Source of the DNA: a virus | Taxonomy: Duplodnaviria > Caudoviricetes | IMG/VR virus record: IMGVR_UViG_3300037478_000283 | Span: 4,567 to 68,566 of that record | Length of the DNA: 64,000 nt | Strand: one strand, 5' to 3' | Shown here: piece after piece, positions 19,333-28,948 of the stretch | Numbering within the stretch: the first letter of the stretch is position 1 | Layout: the number at the start of each line of letters is the position of its first letter | Position numbers and translations under genes: made by a program | Notes under the pieces: model-generated | Told to the model about the DNA's origin: nothing | Databases searched by the model: none | The model's input: only the letters and a program-made list of their open reading frames with translations

Positions 19333-19590
19333 TTAGGCTCCCACCACGAACCGCTTGCGGATGACGTGCATGAGCAAGCGAGCTTTTTGCGATGCTGTCA
19401 GGTTGTTGCGGGCCGCGACCGGCAACGCGTTGTTGTAGCTCGTGGCGTTGTCGGAGATCCACTGATCGGCGGCATCGATGGCGGCTCGAAGGTCCGGCTC
19501 CGTGACGGCGCACACCTCACGCTCGGAGCTTAGCTCCGACATCAGATCCGCGTTCGTCTCGGCCCGCTGCGCGCTCGACATGGCCGCCAT
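19333..19590 (-). CDS. hypothetical helical protein
   Basis: Tight spacing within the minus-strand operon. Confidence 0.65.
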   Translation of the reverse strand: MAAMSSAQRAETNADLMSELSSEREVCAVTEPDLRAAIDAADQWISDNATSYNNALPVAARNNLTASQKARLLMHVIRKRFVVGA

Positions 19591-19601
19591 CGGTCACCCC
19601 T

Positions 19602-20255
19602 CTACTTGTACGCCCACACCAGCCCGTTGGCGTGGAGCGTCACGGGGATCGATTGGCCGTTGCCGGTCAACGGGATGCCGCTGTCGTCGTCGTCGATGTA
19701 GATCAGGTAAGCGTTGCCCTCGACGGCATCGTGCTTGTAGTAGACGAACTTGTGCACGAGGGCACTACCAGCCACCCCAGTCAGATCGAAATCGGCGATG
19801 TCGAGCTGGCCGCCAGCGAGGGTCATGCCGGCCGCCGCCACTTCCACGAGGTCCGACGTACGGGCCCCTCCCGGGATGTCGGCCAGGTCGTTCATGGTGG
19901 CGTCGACGAGCATCCATGTGCCGCCGGTCGTGTAGGCCCCGTTCCCGGCCACGTTCGCGCCAGTGATCACGTCGGTGAGCTCGAACGTGTTGGTGGCGAC
20001 GTTGGCGACCTTGAATACGCCGTTGGCCGCCGTGTTTCCGCCGACGCCACCGATCGTGACGCGTTCGCCGTTGGCGAGACCGTGACTCGCACTCGTGACC
20101 ACGATCGGAGTCGCGTTCGTGGCGTCCGTGATCAGACCACCGTTGCCGGCGCCGAGCTGCGTGACGTCGACCCCGACGACGCGGAACGCAGCCGTGTCGA
20201 GATCGGTGTTGCCGTCGGACAGGTTCTTGAGGAAGTTGTACGCGAATGCTGACAT
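19602..20255 (-). CDS. virion structural protein with an inserted FCCH-like beta domain
   Basis: DLDTAAFRV...FDIADFDL...YIDD...LP...NGQSI.V phage structural scaffold; insert ITDATNATPIVVTSASHGLANGERVTI...NTFEL. Confidence 0.7.
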   Translation of the reverse strand: MSAFAYNFLKNLSDGNTDLDTAAFRVVGVDVTQLGAGNGGLITDATNATPIVVTSASHGLANGERVTIGGVGGNTAANGVFKVANVATNTFELTDVITGANVAGNGAYTTGGTWMLVDATMNDLADIPGGARTSDLVEVAAAGMTLAGGQLDIADFDLTGVAGSALVHKFVYYKHDAVEGNAYLIYIDDDDSGIPLTGNGQSIPVTLHANGLVWAYK

Positions 20256-20428
20256 TGCGAGATCTCCGAAAACGTGAAGCAAGGGTAACCTACGATGGCT
20301 TCAGTGTCGAGCAGCGGAACACTTGATCGACGATCGTACTCGTCGGACAAAAGCATCCCGCACTGCGCCCGTAATGCCACGAGCCCAGCTACATGTGATG
20401 ACCAGTCGTTTGAATTCTGTTATCTAAT

Positions 20429-21259
20429 TCATGCAGCGCTCCTGAGCTCGACGTTCTCATTCCCAAGTATCGCGTCGATGTCGATCACAGCCTCAGCGAC
20501 ACACCGACACTGAACTGGCTCACCAGGGATCCCCTCGCTCGGCGGGTCATTCCAGGTGAACGTCTGGCCGTCCAGCGCGGCATGCTCGTCCCGGACCCGT
20601 TCGTCCCGAGACGTGCGCCAGATCCATCGATCGATTCCGATGTTGCGCTGCCGGGCCTCGTTGAGCTGGCCGTTCAGCTTGTTGATCTGGTCCCTGGCGA
20701 TCACCTTGGCTCGGCCCTCGAGGGTGCCGAACTCCAACGGCAACCCTCGGCGTTTCCATTGGTCGCGAAGCACCTCGTGCCTGATGCCACCCGCGAATGC
20801 GCGTTCGATGTCCGGCCGCAGGTCGACCTGGCGCACCGATTTGATCAGACTTGCATTGCCGGCGATCCACTCGTTCAGGAGACCACCTCGAAACCCCTCG
20901 CTGGCCACAACCTCGACGCCGATCGCTGAGTTCAGGCGCCGATAGAACTCGCCCCTGTGACGACCATCGACCCGACGGGCCTGCTCTGATGCGATCTCTC
21001 GCGCAGCCGAGTCGCTCATGACGGTTCGCAGCTTTGGGCCGAGAGCCAGGATCGCCCGGCTCAATGCGGATGGCAGACGCACCGAGCCATCACCGGCGGC
21101 GTCGCCACGCGCACTGATCGCCGATGCATACGCCGGCAGCACCGTTGCGTTGATGTGCTGCCACGCTGCGATCCGAAGCCTGAGCAGCCGTCGCTCGTAG
21201 TCCACCGCCAGCCGCGTCGGCGGCTCAACGGCCCGCATTCGACTGCGGCGGCGTGACAT
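20429..21259 (-). CDS. minor head/head morphogenesis protein (SPP1 gp7 / Mu F family)
   Basis: RAKVIARDQINKLNGQLNEARQ...WIWRTSRDERVRDEHAALDG...PGEPVQCRC. Confidence 0.92.
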   Translation of the reverse strand: MSRRRSRMRAVEPPTRLAVDYERRLLRLRIAAWQHINATVLPAYASAISARGDAAGDGSVRLPSALSRAILALGPKLRTVMSDSAAREIASEQARRVDGRHRGEFYRRLNSAIGVEVVASEGFRGGLLNEWIAGNASLIKSVRQVDLRPDIERAFAGGIRHEVLRDQWKRRGLPLEFGTLEGRAKVIARDQINKLNGQLNEARQRNIGIDRWIWRTSRDERVRDEHAALDGQTFTWNDPPSEGIPGEPVQCRCVAEAVIDIDAILGNENVELRSAA

Positions 21260-22868
21260 CGGGCTCCGGTGCAGGTGCGGGCTTGTCCGACCCTTCGACG
21301 ATCGGCTCCAACAGCTTGGCGGCGGCCGATTCGTCAGGGATCGATTCAGGGAACGCGATCGGCAAGAACCGGACCGCGGTGAGCTTGGGGATCCGTCCCT
21401 CCGCGACCGCGGTGGCGAGCTCGAGGAAGCTGGTGATCTGAGCGCCGTTGAGCGCGGCGGACTGCACCGACTTGATTTCGGTTCCCGGTGCCGACTCCTC
21501 CGCCACGACCCCATCGCCGTCCGGCTCCGCGGCCAGCTCGCCAAGATCCGGATCTTCGGTTTCGGCCTCGATGTGGCCGACCGATCCGAGCTCGTGCCGC
21601 GTCTTGCGGATCTCGTCCGCCGATACGGCACCGATCGTCCAGTACGCCTGATCGGCCTGCGCGTTAGCGGTCCGAACCCGCGCCTGTTCTTCCTCGCTCG
21701 GTTGCCAGAGTGGGTTCCACTGGATCGTCCACTCCGGCGGTCGCTGGCCACGGGTCGGTCCCTGCTTGGCGGCGAACAGGATCTCGAGGCACCAATTGAG
21801 CCATGGCGTTGCCAGCTGATCCTGTTTCGCGCCGATCCAATCGTAGTAGGACCGGGTTTCGCCTGAGTTGCTACCACTGTTCAGCCCGCCCGCCGTTTCC
21901 CCGAGTAGCCTCGATCGTGGGATCGGCGTCGCGGCCACGAGCGCGTTGACGAATCGGTCTAGCAGGTCTGACCAGCCAGCGATCGACATCGTTTGCTGGA
22001 TGAATTCTTCGCCTGGCCGCTTCTCGTTACCCGCGTCCAGAAACAGACCGTGGAGGATATCGGCGCCGAGGTCCAGGGCTCGCAAGCGTGTGCGAAGCAG
22101 ATCTTCGTCTTGACCTGAGCGTGCCGCCAGTAGCCCGATGATCTTGAACACTCTGATCGTGAAGTTGTGCAGAAGCGTTTCGCTGTACCCGTGGACCGTC
22201 ATGTACTGACGGAGTCGCGGCCATAGTCGGCTGTACTGCGATACGCCCCACCAGCCGCGTTGGCGCATGCGTCGGTACGGCAGCGGGAAGCCGGTGAACT
22301 TCTGGACCCGTGACGCGTGAACGATCTGCTCCTGCAAGCGGCCGTCGCTGAAGCTGAGCTGATACGCTTCGGGCGGCCCGTTGCCGACGGAGATCGGGGA
22401 CACGTCCCATCGGTCCACCACCACGAACCCGCGGACCCGGTCGATTCGATTTAGATCGAGCGGCTCAATGGGCGGCAACCCGTCGTCCACTGCTGCAATC
22501 AATAACGCACCGCCGTACTTGTCGCCCCACCGGTGCAGGTCGGACAGGCAACGCATGATGCTCGTCGGTCGACCCTCGCAGTCGCGACCGATCTCCTCGA
22601 TCGCCGACATGACTGCCTTTACGTCGAGTCCAGGCGCGCCGTCGATCGTGAACCCCTCGCGAGTCAGGTCGTCGGCTGGTAGGTCGACGATCCGAGCCGC
22701 GATCGCCTCGCACTGATACAGGCTCTCGACTTCCGACTGCCCCAGCTCCACGCGCTGCATCGTGGTCCACCGAGACTTGTCACGAAGCTCATCCCCGATG
22801 CCGGTGACGATGTTATACAGGCCGTCGCCACGTAGCTGTGCCTGCTCCGGCGGCGAATCTAGGGGCAT
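21225..22868 (-). CDS. portal protein, DUF1073 type
   Basis: DGLYNIVTGIG...LY...IAARIVDLPADDLTREG...GGALLI...VHASRV...IPRSRLLGETAGGLNSG...YYDWI...WNPLWQ. Confidence 0.92.
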   Translation of the reverse strand: MPLDSPPEQAQLRGDGLYNIVTGIGDELRDKSRWTTMQRVELGQSEVESLYQCEAIAARIVDLPADDLTREGFTIDGAPGLDVKAVMSAIEEIGRDCEGRPTSIMRCLSDLHRWGDKYGGALLIAAVDDGLPPIEPLDLNRIDRVRGFVVVDRWDVSPISVGNGPPEAYQLSFSDGRLQEQIVHASRVQKFTGFPLPYRRMRQRGWWGVSQYSRLWPRLRQYMTVHGYSETLLHNFTIRVFKIIGLLAARSGQDEDLLRTRLRALDLGADILHGLFLDAGNEKRPGEEFIQQTMSIAGWSDLLDRFVNALVAATPIPRSRLLGETAGGLNSGSNSGETRSYYDWIGAKQDQLATPWLNWCLEILFAAKQGPTRGQRPPEWTIQWNPLWQPSEEEQARVRTANAQADQAYWTIGAVSADEIRKTRHELGSVGHIEAETEDPDLGELAAEPDGDGVVAEESAPGTEIKSVQSAALNGAQITSFLELATAVAEGRIPKLTAVRFLPIAFPESIPDESAAAKLLEPIVEGSDKPAPAPEPDVTPPQSNAGR

Positions 22869-22939
22869 CGCCTGTTAGGCTACACCCGATTCGGACGTCA
22901 CGCGCGGACACACGCCGCCAGTACCGCTGTTGGTCGGTG

Positions 22940-22953
22940 AGACTTCCACAGGT
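22940..22953. promoter_or_regulatory. 14-bp motif AGACTTCCACAGGT, copy 2 (portal/head divergent intergenic)
   Basis: Exact match to 13839-13852. Confidence 0.55.
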
Positions 22954-23022
22954 TTCCGATCGATCACGATTCGTGGCCATGCACACAGTTGACGCGCACT
23001 ACGATTGAGATATCGGCCGCCT

Positions 23023-23039
23023 GCGTACTAGGTACGCAA
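23023..23039. promoter_or_regulatory. inverted repeat TGCGTAC-TAG-GTACGCA upstream of the head operon
   Basis: Perfect 7-bp inverted repeat in a non-coding divergent region. Confidence 0.35.
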
Positions 23040-23142
23040 CAGGAATCGACCAGATCGGTGGATTGACGAACGTGCGTAATGACGGTGCGGGCCGCTACCG
23101 TAATCGGGCAGTGAACGCGACCAGCAACCGGAATGGCGACGC

Positions 23143-23349
23143 GTGATCGTGGCGCTACCGATTCAGCTGCGAGACGAAGTGCTGGCGTACCTGAACGGTC
23201 GACCGCGCGGCGAAGTGAACGGGTTGTGCTGCGCGCTCGAATCGTTGCCAGAGGTCGAGCTCGAGGAAGAGTTCTCGCCGAACCCTTCGGTGGCTGAGCC
23301 GGCTGTCGCACATATCACGCTCGGAGCAGCGGAGGCGCGGCGTGGATAG
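23143..23349 (+). CDS. hypothetical protein
   Basis: VLAYLNGRPRGEVNGL; overlaps the next start. Confidence 0.55.
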   Translation: MIVALPIQLRDEVLAYLNGRPRGEVNGLCCALESLPEVELEEEFSPNPSVAEPAVAHITLGAAEARRG

Positions 23350-24610
23350 GGTATTCCGTACTGATTTCGCGGAGTTACGGTGGGACAAGGCCGAGGAAAT
23401 GCCCAACGGCTGGCTCAAAGTACCAGCGGTGATCGGGCGCTCCGGAGTGTTCCCGTATCAGCAGCCAGACGGCACAGTGGTCCGCGAGTACAGGCCACCA
23501 GATGAGGTTGGGCACACCGATTCGGTCTCGAGCTTCGATGGTGTCCCGTTCACGATCGACCATCCGCCGCTTGAGCTGGATGACCAGAACACCACCGCAT
23601 TCTCCAAGGGGATCACGAATCGAGCTCGCTACAACGCCAACGACAAGCATGTCGAGGCGCAGATTCTGATCTTCTCCCGTGACGCCAAGATGGCTGCTCA
23701 ACAGACGCATCGTCAGTTGAGCCCAGGCTACACGGTCCTGCTTGACCCTACGCCAGGGATGACGCCGGACGGCGAACGATACGACGTCATCCAGCGAGTC
23801 ATCCGAGGCAATCACGTGGCCGGGGTACCCCAAGGTCGACAGGGTCCAGAGGTCGCATTCCGTTTCGATGCCCGCGACGCCGCCGTCGCGATCAACCCCG
23901 AGGAAAACACCATGACCGTGCAACGCGACGACGCGAAGAAGACCAAGATCACGATCGGCGACAAGAGCTATTCGGCGGGCGCCTTCGCCCGAGCGATCGC
24001 AAAAGCGATTTCGGACCTCGGCGCCGAGGAGGAAGAGGAAGAGGAGAAGCCGAAGGACAAAAATAAGGACGTCGCAGAGTTGCCCACGCCTGCGCCAGCC
24101 GTTGCGCCTGCTGCTGTCACGCCTCCCGCTCCTGTTCCTACCCCTGCGCCGGTCGCTGCTCCTGCCGCGGTCGTCAATGCCGACGCGGACAAGCTGCAGG
24201 CCAAGTACGACGCGGCCATGGAGCGACTCAATCGCATGCCGGAGGAGATCGAGGTTCGCTCCGATCTGCTATCTGCGGCAAAGGGCGCGATCGGTGCCGG
24301 ATACAGCGGGCGTACTGACAGCGGCGCACTCAAGACCGTTCGACAGATCCAGGAAGATGTGATCGCGAAGGTCCTGGGAACAGCCGCCGGCAAAGCCCTC
24401 GAGGGTCGTAGCGACGGATACGTCGAAGGCCGATACGAGACCGCGCTCGAGCGACTCGACGAGCAGCGTAATCACGGCGAGCGCCTCGTCGAGATCGCAC
24501 GCCAAGCGCATCAGGACGGCGGCGAAGAGGCTCTACATCCGGCCGAGGCAGCGCGACGCAAGGACGAAGAAGAGAGGCGGAACGCCTGGAAAACCAGAGC
24601 GGCCAGCTGA
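23342..24610 (+). CDS. DUF2213 head maturation/scaffold protein
   Basis: GWLKVPAVIGRSGVFPY...SFDGVPFTIDHP...QLSPGY...IRGNHVAGVPQGRQGPEVAFRFD plus acidic/Pro-Ala scaffold tail. Confidence 0.9.
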   Translation: MDRVFRTDFAELRWDKAEEMPNGWLKVPAVIGRSGVFPYQQPDGTVVREYRPPDEVGHTDSVSSFDGVPFTIDHPPLELDDQNTTAFSKGITNRARYNANDKHVEAQILIFSRDAKMAAQQTHRQLSPGYTVLLDPTPGMTPDGERYDVIQRVIRGNHVAGVPQGRQGPEVAFRFDARDAAVAINPEENTMTVQRDDAKKTKITIGDKSYSAGAFARAIAKAISDLGAEEEEEEEKPKDKNKDVAELPTPAPAVAPAAVTPPAPVPTPAPVAAPAAVVNADADKLQAKYDAAMERLNRMPEEIEVRSDLLSAAKGAIGAGYSGRTDSGALKTVRQIQEDVIAKVLGTAAGKALEGRSDGYVEGRYETALERLDEQRNHGERLVEIARQAHQDGGEEALHPAEAARRKDEEERRNAWKTRAAS

Positions 24611-24639
24611 ACCCCTGATCGAAACCGGAGACCAAGACC

Positions 24640-25758
24640 ATGCCACAGCTGAACTACAGCCGCACGATGACCCGGGGTCGGGTCGGAGCCATTGCAAATT
24701 TCCGCCAGCACGAGGCGAGCAATCGCCTGTTCGCTGCTCTCCCGCAGATCACCACGGTTTCGTTGGGCGGGACGACGGACGGTGACTACACCGTCAGGAT
24801 CACCACGCCAGAAGGGACTGCGATCGATTCCACGTTTGCCGCTTCGTCAGACACTGCGGACGACATCGTGACGGGCATCGTTGCCGCACTCAATGACAAC
24901 GAAGACCTGAACAACATCGTCGACTCGGTCGCGGTCTTGGCCGACGACGACTTCGTCCTGAACTTCATCCATCCAAGCACCGCATACACGGTCAGCTTTC
25001 CCAGCAACCCCGGCACCAACCTGACGCAGACCGCCACGCAGTCCTCGACGCGGACCAACCTTCCGCTCGGGATCGCGGTCTGTCGGGTCACTGGCGACGA
25101 GGGCTTCATCCGTGTACCTGCCAGCACCGACACTGCGGACGACGTCCTGGGCGTGGTGTTGGAGTCGGAGAACGAGGCCGAATCGAACGATGACGGCACG
25201 TCGGCCGGGTACGAAGCCGGCGCAGACCTGCCGGTCATGGACCACGGGTGCTGCTACGTGGCCCCAGAGGAGAACGTGGTCGACGGCGATCGTGTCCGGG
25301 TGCGAATGGTCGCAGCTGGAACCGAGCAGGCCGGAGCGTTCAGGACCACCAGCGACGGCACGGCACAGGTCGCGACACTGACACCTGGCGCAGGCCAAAA
25401 CAGCGTCGTGATCGGCTTCGTCCTAACGATGCTCACCGGCGAACACGAGGGTAAGAGCTTCGTCGTATCGACTACATCGGATGCAAGCATGACCGCTACC
25501 GAGGTAGCCGATGCGTGGCGGGTCATCATCAACGCCGATGACTTCTGGAAAAACATCCTGACCGACACCGGAACAGCAACTCTGATCCTGACCGCCGCGA
25601 ACCCCGAGGATACCTTCGAGGCAACCGTACTCAACGGTGTGATCACGATCGACAACGCGACGACCGCTGGTGCACCCGACACGATCCTGATGCCTCCGAA
25701 CTGGCGATGGAACCAGAACGGAAGCGCAGGACAACCCACTCAGCTCGTGATCAAGTGA
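24640..25758 (+). CDS. capsid decoration/cement protein with two inserted modules
   Basis: Between scaffold and MCP; LPLGIAV...VLGVV...YEAGADLPVMDHG...VYV core with two QxxTxx...YT.xx..T...I..A.N inserts. Confidence 0.75.
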   Translation: MPQLNYSRTMTRGRVGAIANFRQHEASNRLFAALPQITTVSLGGTTDGDYTVRITTPEGTAIDSTFAASSDTADDIVTGIVAALNDNEDLNNIVDSVAVLADDDFVLNFIHPSTAYTVSFPSNPGTNLTQTATQSSTRTNLPLGIAVCRVTGDEGFIRVPASTDTADDVLGVVLESENEAESNDDGTSAGYEAGADLPVMDHGCCYVAPEENVVDGDRVRVRMVAAGTEQAGAFRTTSDGTAQVATLTPGAGQNSVVIGFVLTMLTGEHEGKSFVVSTTSDASMTATEVADAWRVIINADDFWKNILTDTGTATLILTAANPEDTFEATVLNGVITIDNATTAGAPDTILMPPNWRWNQNGSAGQPTQLVIK

Positions 25759-25768
25759 GGAGCCTGTC

Positions 25769-26812
25769 ATGACCACGCGAATGGACGACAACGACACACG
25801 ACGACCGATCCGCCTGGATGACGTGCGGGCACTTCACCGGTTCTTCCGTGAGCGCCGGTCCGACGTGGCGCCGGCTCGAGCTGACGCTGGGATCTACTTC
25901 CAGAATCAGCTCGAGTTCGTGATCCAGCAGGCCTACGAGCACAAGCTGGTCGAGTTGAAGATGGCCAATGGCCAGGTGATCCCGATTCGGAGCTCTATTC
26001 CTCGCGGTGCCAAGACCTGGTCCTACGAGATGTTCGAGCCGGTCGGTTTTGCGAAGTTTCTGACCACGGCAAGCTGGCGGGATATCCCGCGGGCAGATGT
26101 CACGGGCAGCAAGACCATCGGTCATGTGGCCGAGTTTGGTGTCGGGTACGGCTACACGTTGGGCGAGATCGAGGAGTCACAGTTTGCCAACAAGCCGCTG
26201 ACCGCCATGAAGGCGACGGCGACGCGACGTGCATGGGATCAGCTCCTCAACACGACCGGAATCACCGGCTCCACGGAGCGGAACCTGCAGGGGTTCACGA
26301 ACCATCCCAACATCACCGTTGCCGATGCGGCGATCGGTGCGGCTGGCTCCGGTTCGTTCTCGTGGACCCGCACCACCGATCCGAAGACCGGCCTCGAGAT
26401 GATCGAGGATCTGAACGACGGCATCGACACGATGCTGGATCTGACCGGAGGCGTGGAGCGACCGACCCACATCGCCCTGAGCCGCGCCTACATGCGGAGG
26501 CTACAGACGACTCGAGTTGGAACCGATCTCAGCACGACCGCGCTGAAGATCTTCCGCGAGGACAACCCGGAGATCCAGGAGATGATCGTGCTCGAAGATC
26601 TCGACACGGCGTCGACTGGCGGCGCACACGCTGCGATGTTCTGGAGACAGGATCCGCAGGCGCTCTGGCTCGAGGTTCCGATCGGATTCGAGCAGCACGG
26701 CCCACAACAGGACGGGCTCGAGTTCGGCGTCATGACCCGCGGATCTACAGCTGGCGTCATCTGCGTGTATCCGCTCTCCGTGCTCAGGATGGATTTCGAC
26801 GGCGACGCGTAA
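25769..26812 (+). CDS. major capsid protein, DUF2184 family
   Basis: QLEFVIQQAYE...FGVGYGYTLGEIEES...G.QGFTNHPNI...PTHIAL...TAGVICVYPL. Confidence 0.92.
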   Translation: MTTRMDDNDTRRPIRLDDVRALHRFFRERRSDVAPARADAGIYFQNQLEFVIQQAYEHKLVELKMANGQVIPIRSSIPRGAKTWSYEMFEPVGFAKFLTTASWRDIPRADVTGSKTIGHVAEFGVGYGYTLGEIEESQFANKPLTAMKATATRRAWDQLLNTTGITGSTERNLQGFTNHPNITVADAAIGAAGSGSFSWTRTTDPKTGLEMIEDLNDGIDTMLDLTGGVERPTHIALSRAYMRRLQTTRVGTDLSTTALKIFREDNPEIQEMIVLEDLDTASTGGAHAAMFWRQDPQALWLEVPIGFEQHGPQQDGLEFGVMTRGSTAGVICVYPLSVLRMDFDGDA

Positions 26813-26918
26813 TCCTAACGACTAGCGCTGGGATGCGCCCGGCTCAGCGCCCTAAACACGACCAAGGGTGGCCCCGTTGCGGGCGAACGGCGGCTCCCTC
26901 GAGCAAGGCAACGACAAG

Positions 26919-27431
26919 ATGGAGCTGATCCAAATCGACTACAACGGGCGGATCGACGCCACCGGCAAGAAGCACGCCGGGATCTATATCGCGTCCGGCA
27001 TCGGCGGGGCCAAGGTTCTGTTTCGGCCCGGCGTAAACATGGTCCGCCTGGACGAGTGGAACGCGGTCAAGAACACGGCTGGCGTCACACGGCGTTTAGT
27101 GGATGGAGAGATGGAGGTCATGGGCGAGCGGAAGGAGGCCAAGAACGGCGTCTTTCAGTTTCCGGCGGTTCCGGCGATCCAGGCCACCGCGCTCATCACA
27201 AGGACCATCGATCCAAAAGTCCTACGGGCATGGCTCGCGCAGGAACGAGTATCCGGCGTCCGACAACAGGTGATCGATGCGCTGGAGAAACAGATCTCGG
27301 CCGTCACCACCGACGCGAGTAATCGTCCCGTGGAGCCCCGAGAGATCCGGCTCCGTACACGCTCCAGGCTGGAGGGCTACCCCGAGGCGAAGCCTGCTAC
27401 CAAGCCGGAGCCCGCCAAGGCGAGTCGATGA
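26919..27431 (+). CDS. hypothetical head-region protein
   Basis: Follows MCP; FRPGVNMV...W...KVLRAWLAQE. Confidence 0.7.
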   Translation: MELIQIDYNGRIDATGKKHAGIYIASGIGGAKVLFRPGVNMVRLDEWNAVKNTAGVTRRLVDGEMEVMGERKEAKNGVFQFPAVPAIQATALITRTIDPKVLRAWLAQERVSGVRQQVIDALEKQISAVTTDASNRPVEPREIRLRTRSRLEGYPEAKPATKPEPAKASR

Positions 27432-27811
27432 GTCAACGCTATGCCACCGCATCCGATCTGCCACCGGAGTTCGCCGACGCGGATCCGGACGCGGTGGCGT
27501 ATTGGCTCGATTTTACCAAGTCATACGTGAACCTTGCCGCCTGGGGTGACCGAGCGAGCAAGGGCCACGCAATGGCAGCCGCGCATTACCTGTCGCTGGC
27601 CGGACAGGCCGGAGCCGGATCGCAGGCGGCCGCGGTCAAGAGTGAGGCGGTAGGCCAAGTCTCGGTGACCTACGCGACCCCGGAGCAGTCCGACACCGAA
27701 TGGGGTCGCACTGGCTACGGATCGATCTTCGTCTCGCTCCGCGAAGGTCTAGCGCTCACTCCGTTCGTGGCCAGATCGAACAGCTTCAGTCTCGGAGGAT
27801 TACGTCGGTGA
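27428..27811 (+). CDS. DUF4054 head-tail adaptor
   Basis: PPEFAD...AAHYL...KSEAVGQVSVTY...WGRTGYG. Confidence 0.85.
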   Translation: MSQRYATASDLPPEFADADPDAVAYWLDFTKSYVNLAAWGDRASKGHAMAAAHYLSLAGQAGAGSQAAAVKSEAVGQVSVTYATPEQSDTEWGRTGYGSIFVSLREGLALTPFVARSNSFSLGGLRR

Positions 27812-28356
27812 ACGACATCATCGACATCGACCGCGGATGGGAGCGGATCAAGAAAGAGCTCGAGCTCGCCGACGAGTCATTCGTGACGTTCGGTCTGCAC
27901 GAGGATGCCGGTCTTGCAGACGGTGCGCTCACCGTTGCTCAGGTCGGGGCTTATCACGAGTTCGGCACGCCAAAGGTCCCGCAACGTGCGTGGCATCGGC
28001 CCACCGTGGACGAGAAGCGGCCCGAGCTCGAGCGCGCCATGGACGAGATCTACTACCGCGGGATCATGGAGGGGAAGATCTCGACGAAGCGTGGGCTTGC
28101 AGTGGTCGGGCAGATGGGGCAGCAAGCGTTGCAAGACACGCTCCGAAACAAGCGCTCCGAATGGCCGCCACTCGCAGAGTCGACCAAGCGCCGCAAGGCA
28201 CGAACGATCAAAGGCAGCAAACGCGAGAAGAAAACGGCCGGACAGAGGAAGGCCGAGTTCATCTCCGGCTCCGGCAACCCGCTGATCGATACCGGCCAAC
28301 TGATCCAGTCGATCCGATACAAGGTCGTGCTGCGCTACGGAGGGGTCAGTGCCTGA
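27808..28356 (+). CDS. neck/virion morphogenesis protein
   Basis: YHEFGTPKVPQRAW...PPLAEST...PLIDTGQLIQSIRY. Confidence 0.85.
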   Translation: MNDIIDIDRGWERIKKELELADESFVTFGLHEDAGLADGALTVAQVGAYHEFGTPKVPQRAWHRPTVDEKRPELERAMDEIYYRGIMEGKISTKRGLAVVGQMGQQALQDTLRNKRSEWPPLAESTKRRKARTIKGSKREKKTAGQRKAEFISGSGNPLIDTGQLIQSIRYKVVLRYGGVSA

Positions 28357-28948
28357 TACGCCAGACGCGGCATCGGTGCCGAACGTGCTGAGTCGGACCG
28401 CATCCGAGTTCGCTGCACTACCCGAGCTTTCGACCGTACTTGAGAACCCAGCCTATGTGGTGGCGAAGCACTCGACACTGCACCAGCGCTGGCACTCGCC
28501 ACTTATCGGCAAGTTCATTCAGGACAGCCTCAAGGAGATCCAGGCGGCGCTGGTCGGGTCATCGTTCACGCCCGGAGCGGTATTTCCTGGTACCGAAACC
28601 GTCCAGACCACCGATGCCACGCCGACCGACATCGCCACGATCAGCATCGCGGACGCCGTCGGCGCAGAGGTCGAAGCTTTGTTCTATGGCAAGCGAGTGT
28701 CTGGCGATTGGGTCCGACGTCGGATCCGGGCCGGCTTCGAACGGAACGCCGCTGGTGCCGGGCTCCGACTCATCGGTACCGATGAGGACAGCGGCAGCCA
28801 GTTCTCTCCAGGCACAAGCCTACCGACCAGTGTCGGCGCTCAATACGTTGCCGATCCTGGTGCGAGTCTCGTGCGACTGCAGGTGATCGGTGCCGCCGGG
28901 ACCACGATCAACTGGACGTGTGTCTACAACGTCTGGAGGTTCACCTGA
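28349..28948 (+). CDS. putative structural protein
   Basis: In-operon; beta-rich C-terminal domain ending VRLQVIGAAGTTINW. Confidence 0.6.
   Translation: MPDTPDAASVPNVLSRTASEFAALPELSTVLENPAYVVAKHSTLHQRWHSPLIGKFIQDSLKEIQAALVGSSFTPGAVFPGTETVQTTDATPTDIATISIADAVGAEVEALFYGKRVSGDWVRRRIRAGFERNAAGAGLRLIGTDEDSGSQFSPGTSLPTSVGAQYVADPGASLVRLQVIGAAGTTINWTCVYNVWRFT

Noticed and set aside
19602-20255. Ubiquitin-activating E1 system
   Set aside because: Only the FCCH-like beta insert common in virion proteins; no E1 adenylation domain, E2, JAB or Ubl nearby.
20429-21877. 482-aa version of the minor head protein
   Set aside because: The first 206 aa are out-of-frame overlap with the portal; the recognisable protein starts at 21259.
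21225-22868. Anti-CBASS Acb1 label often given to DUF1073 proteins
   Set aside because: No 2H phosphoesterase (paired HxT/S) domain seen; the protein is a portal.
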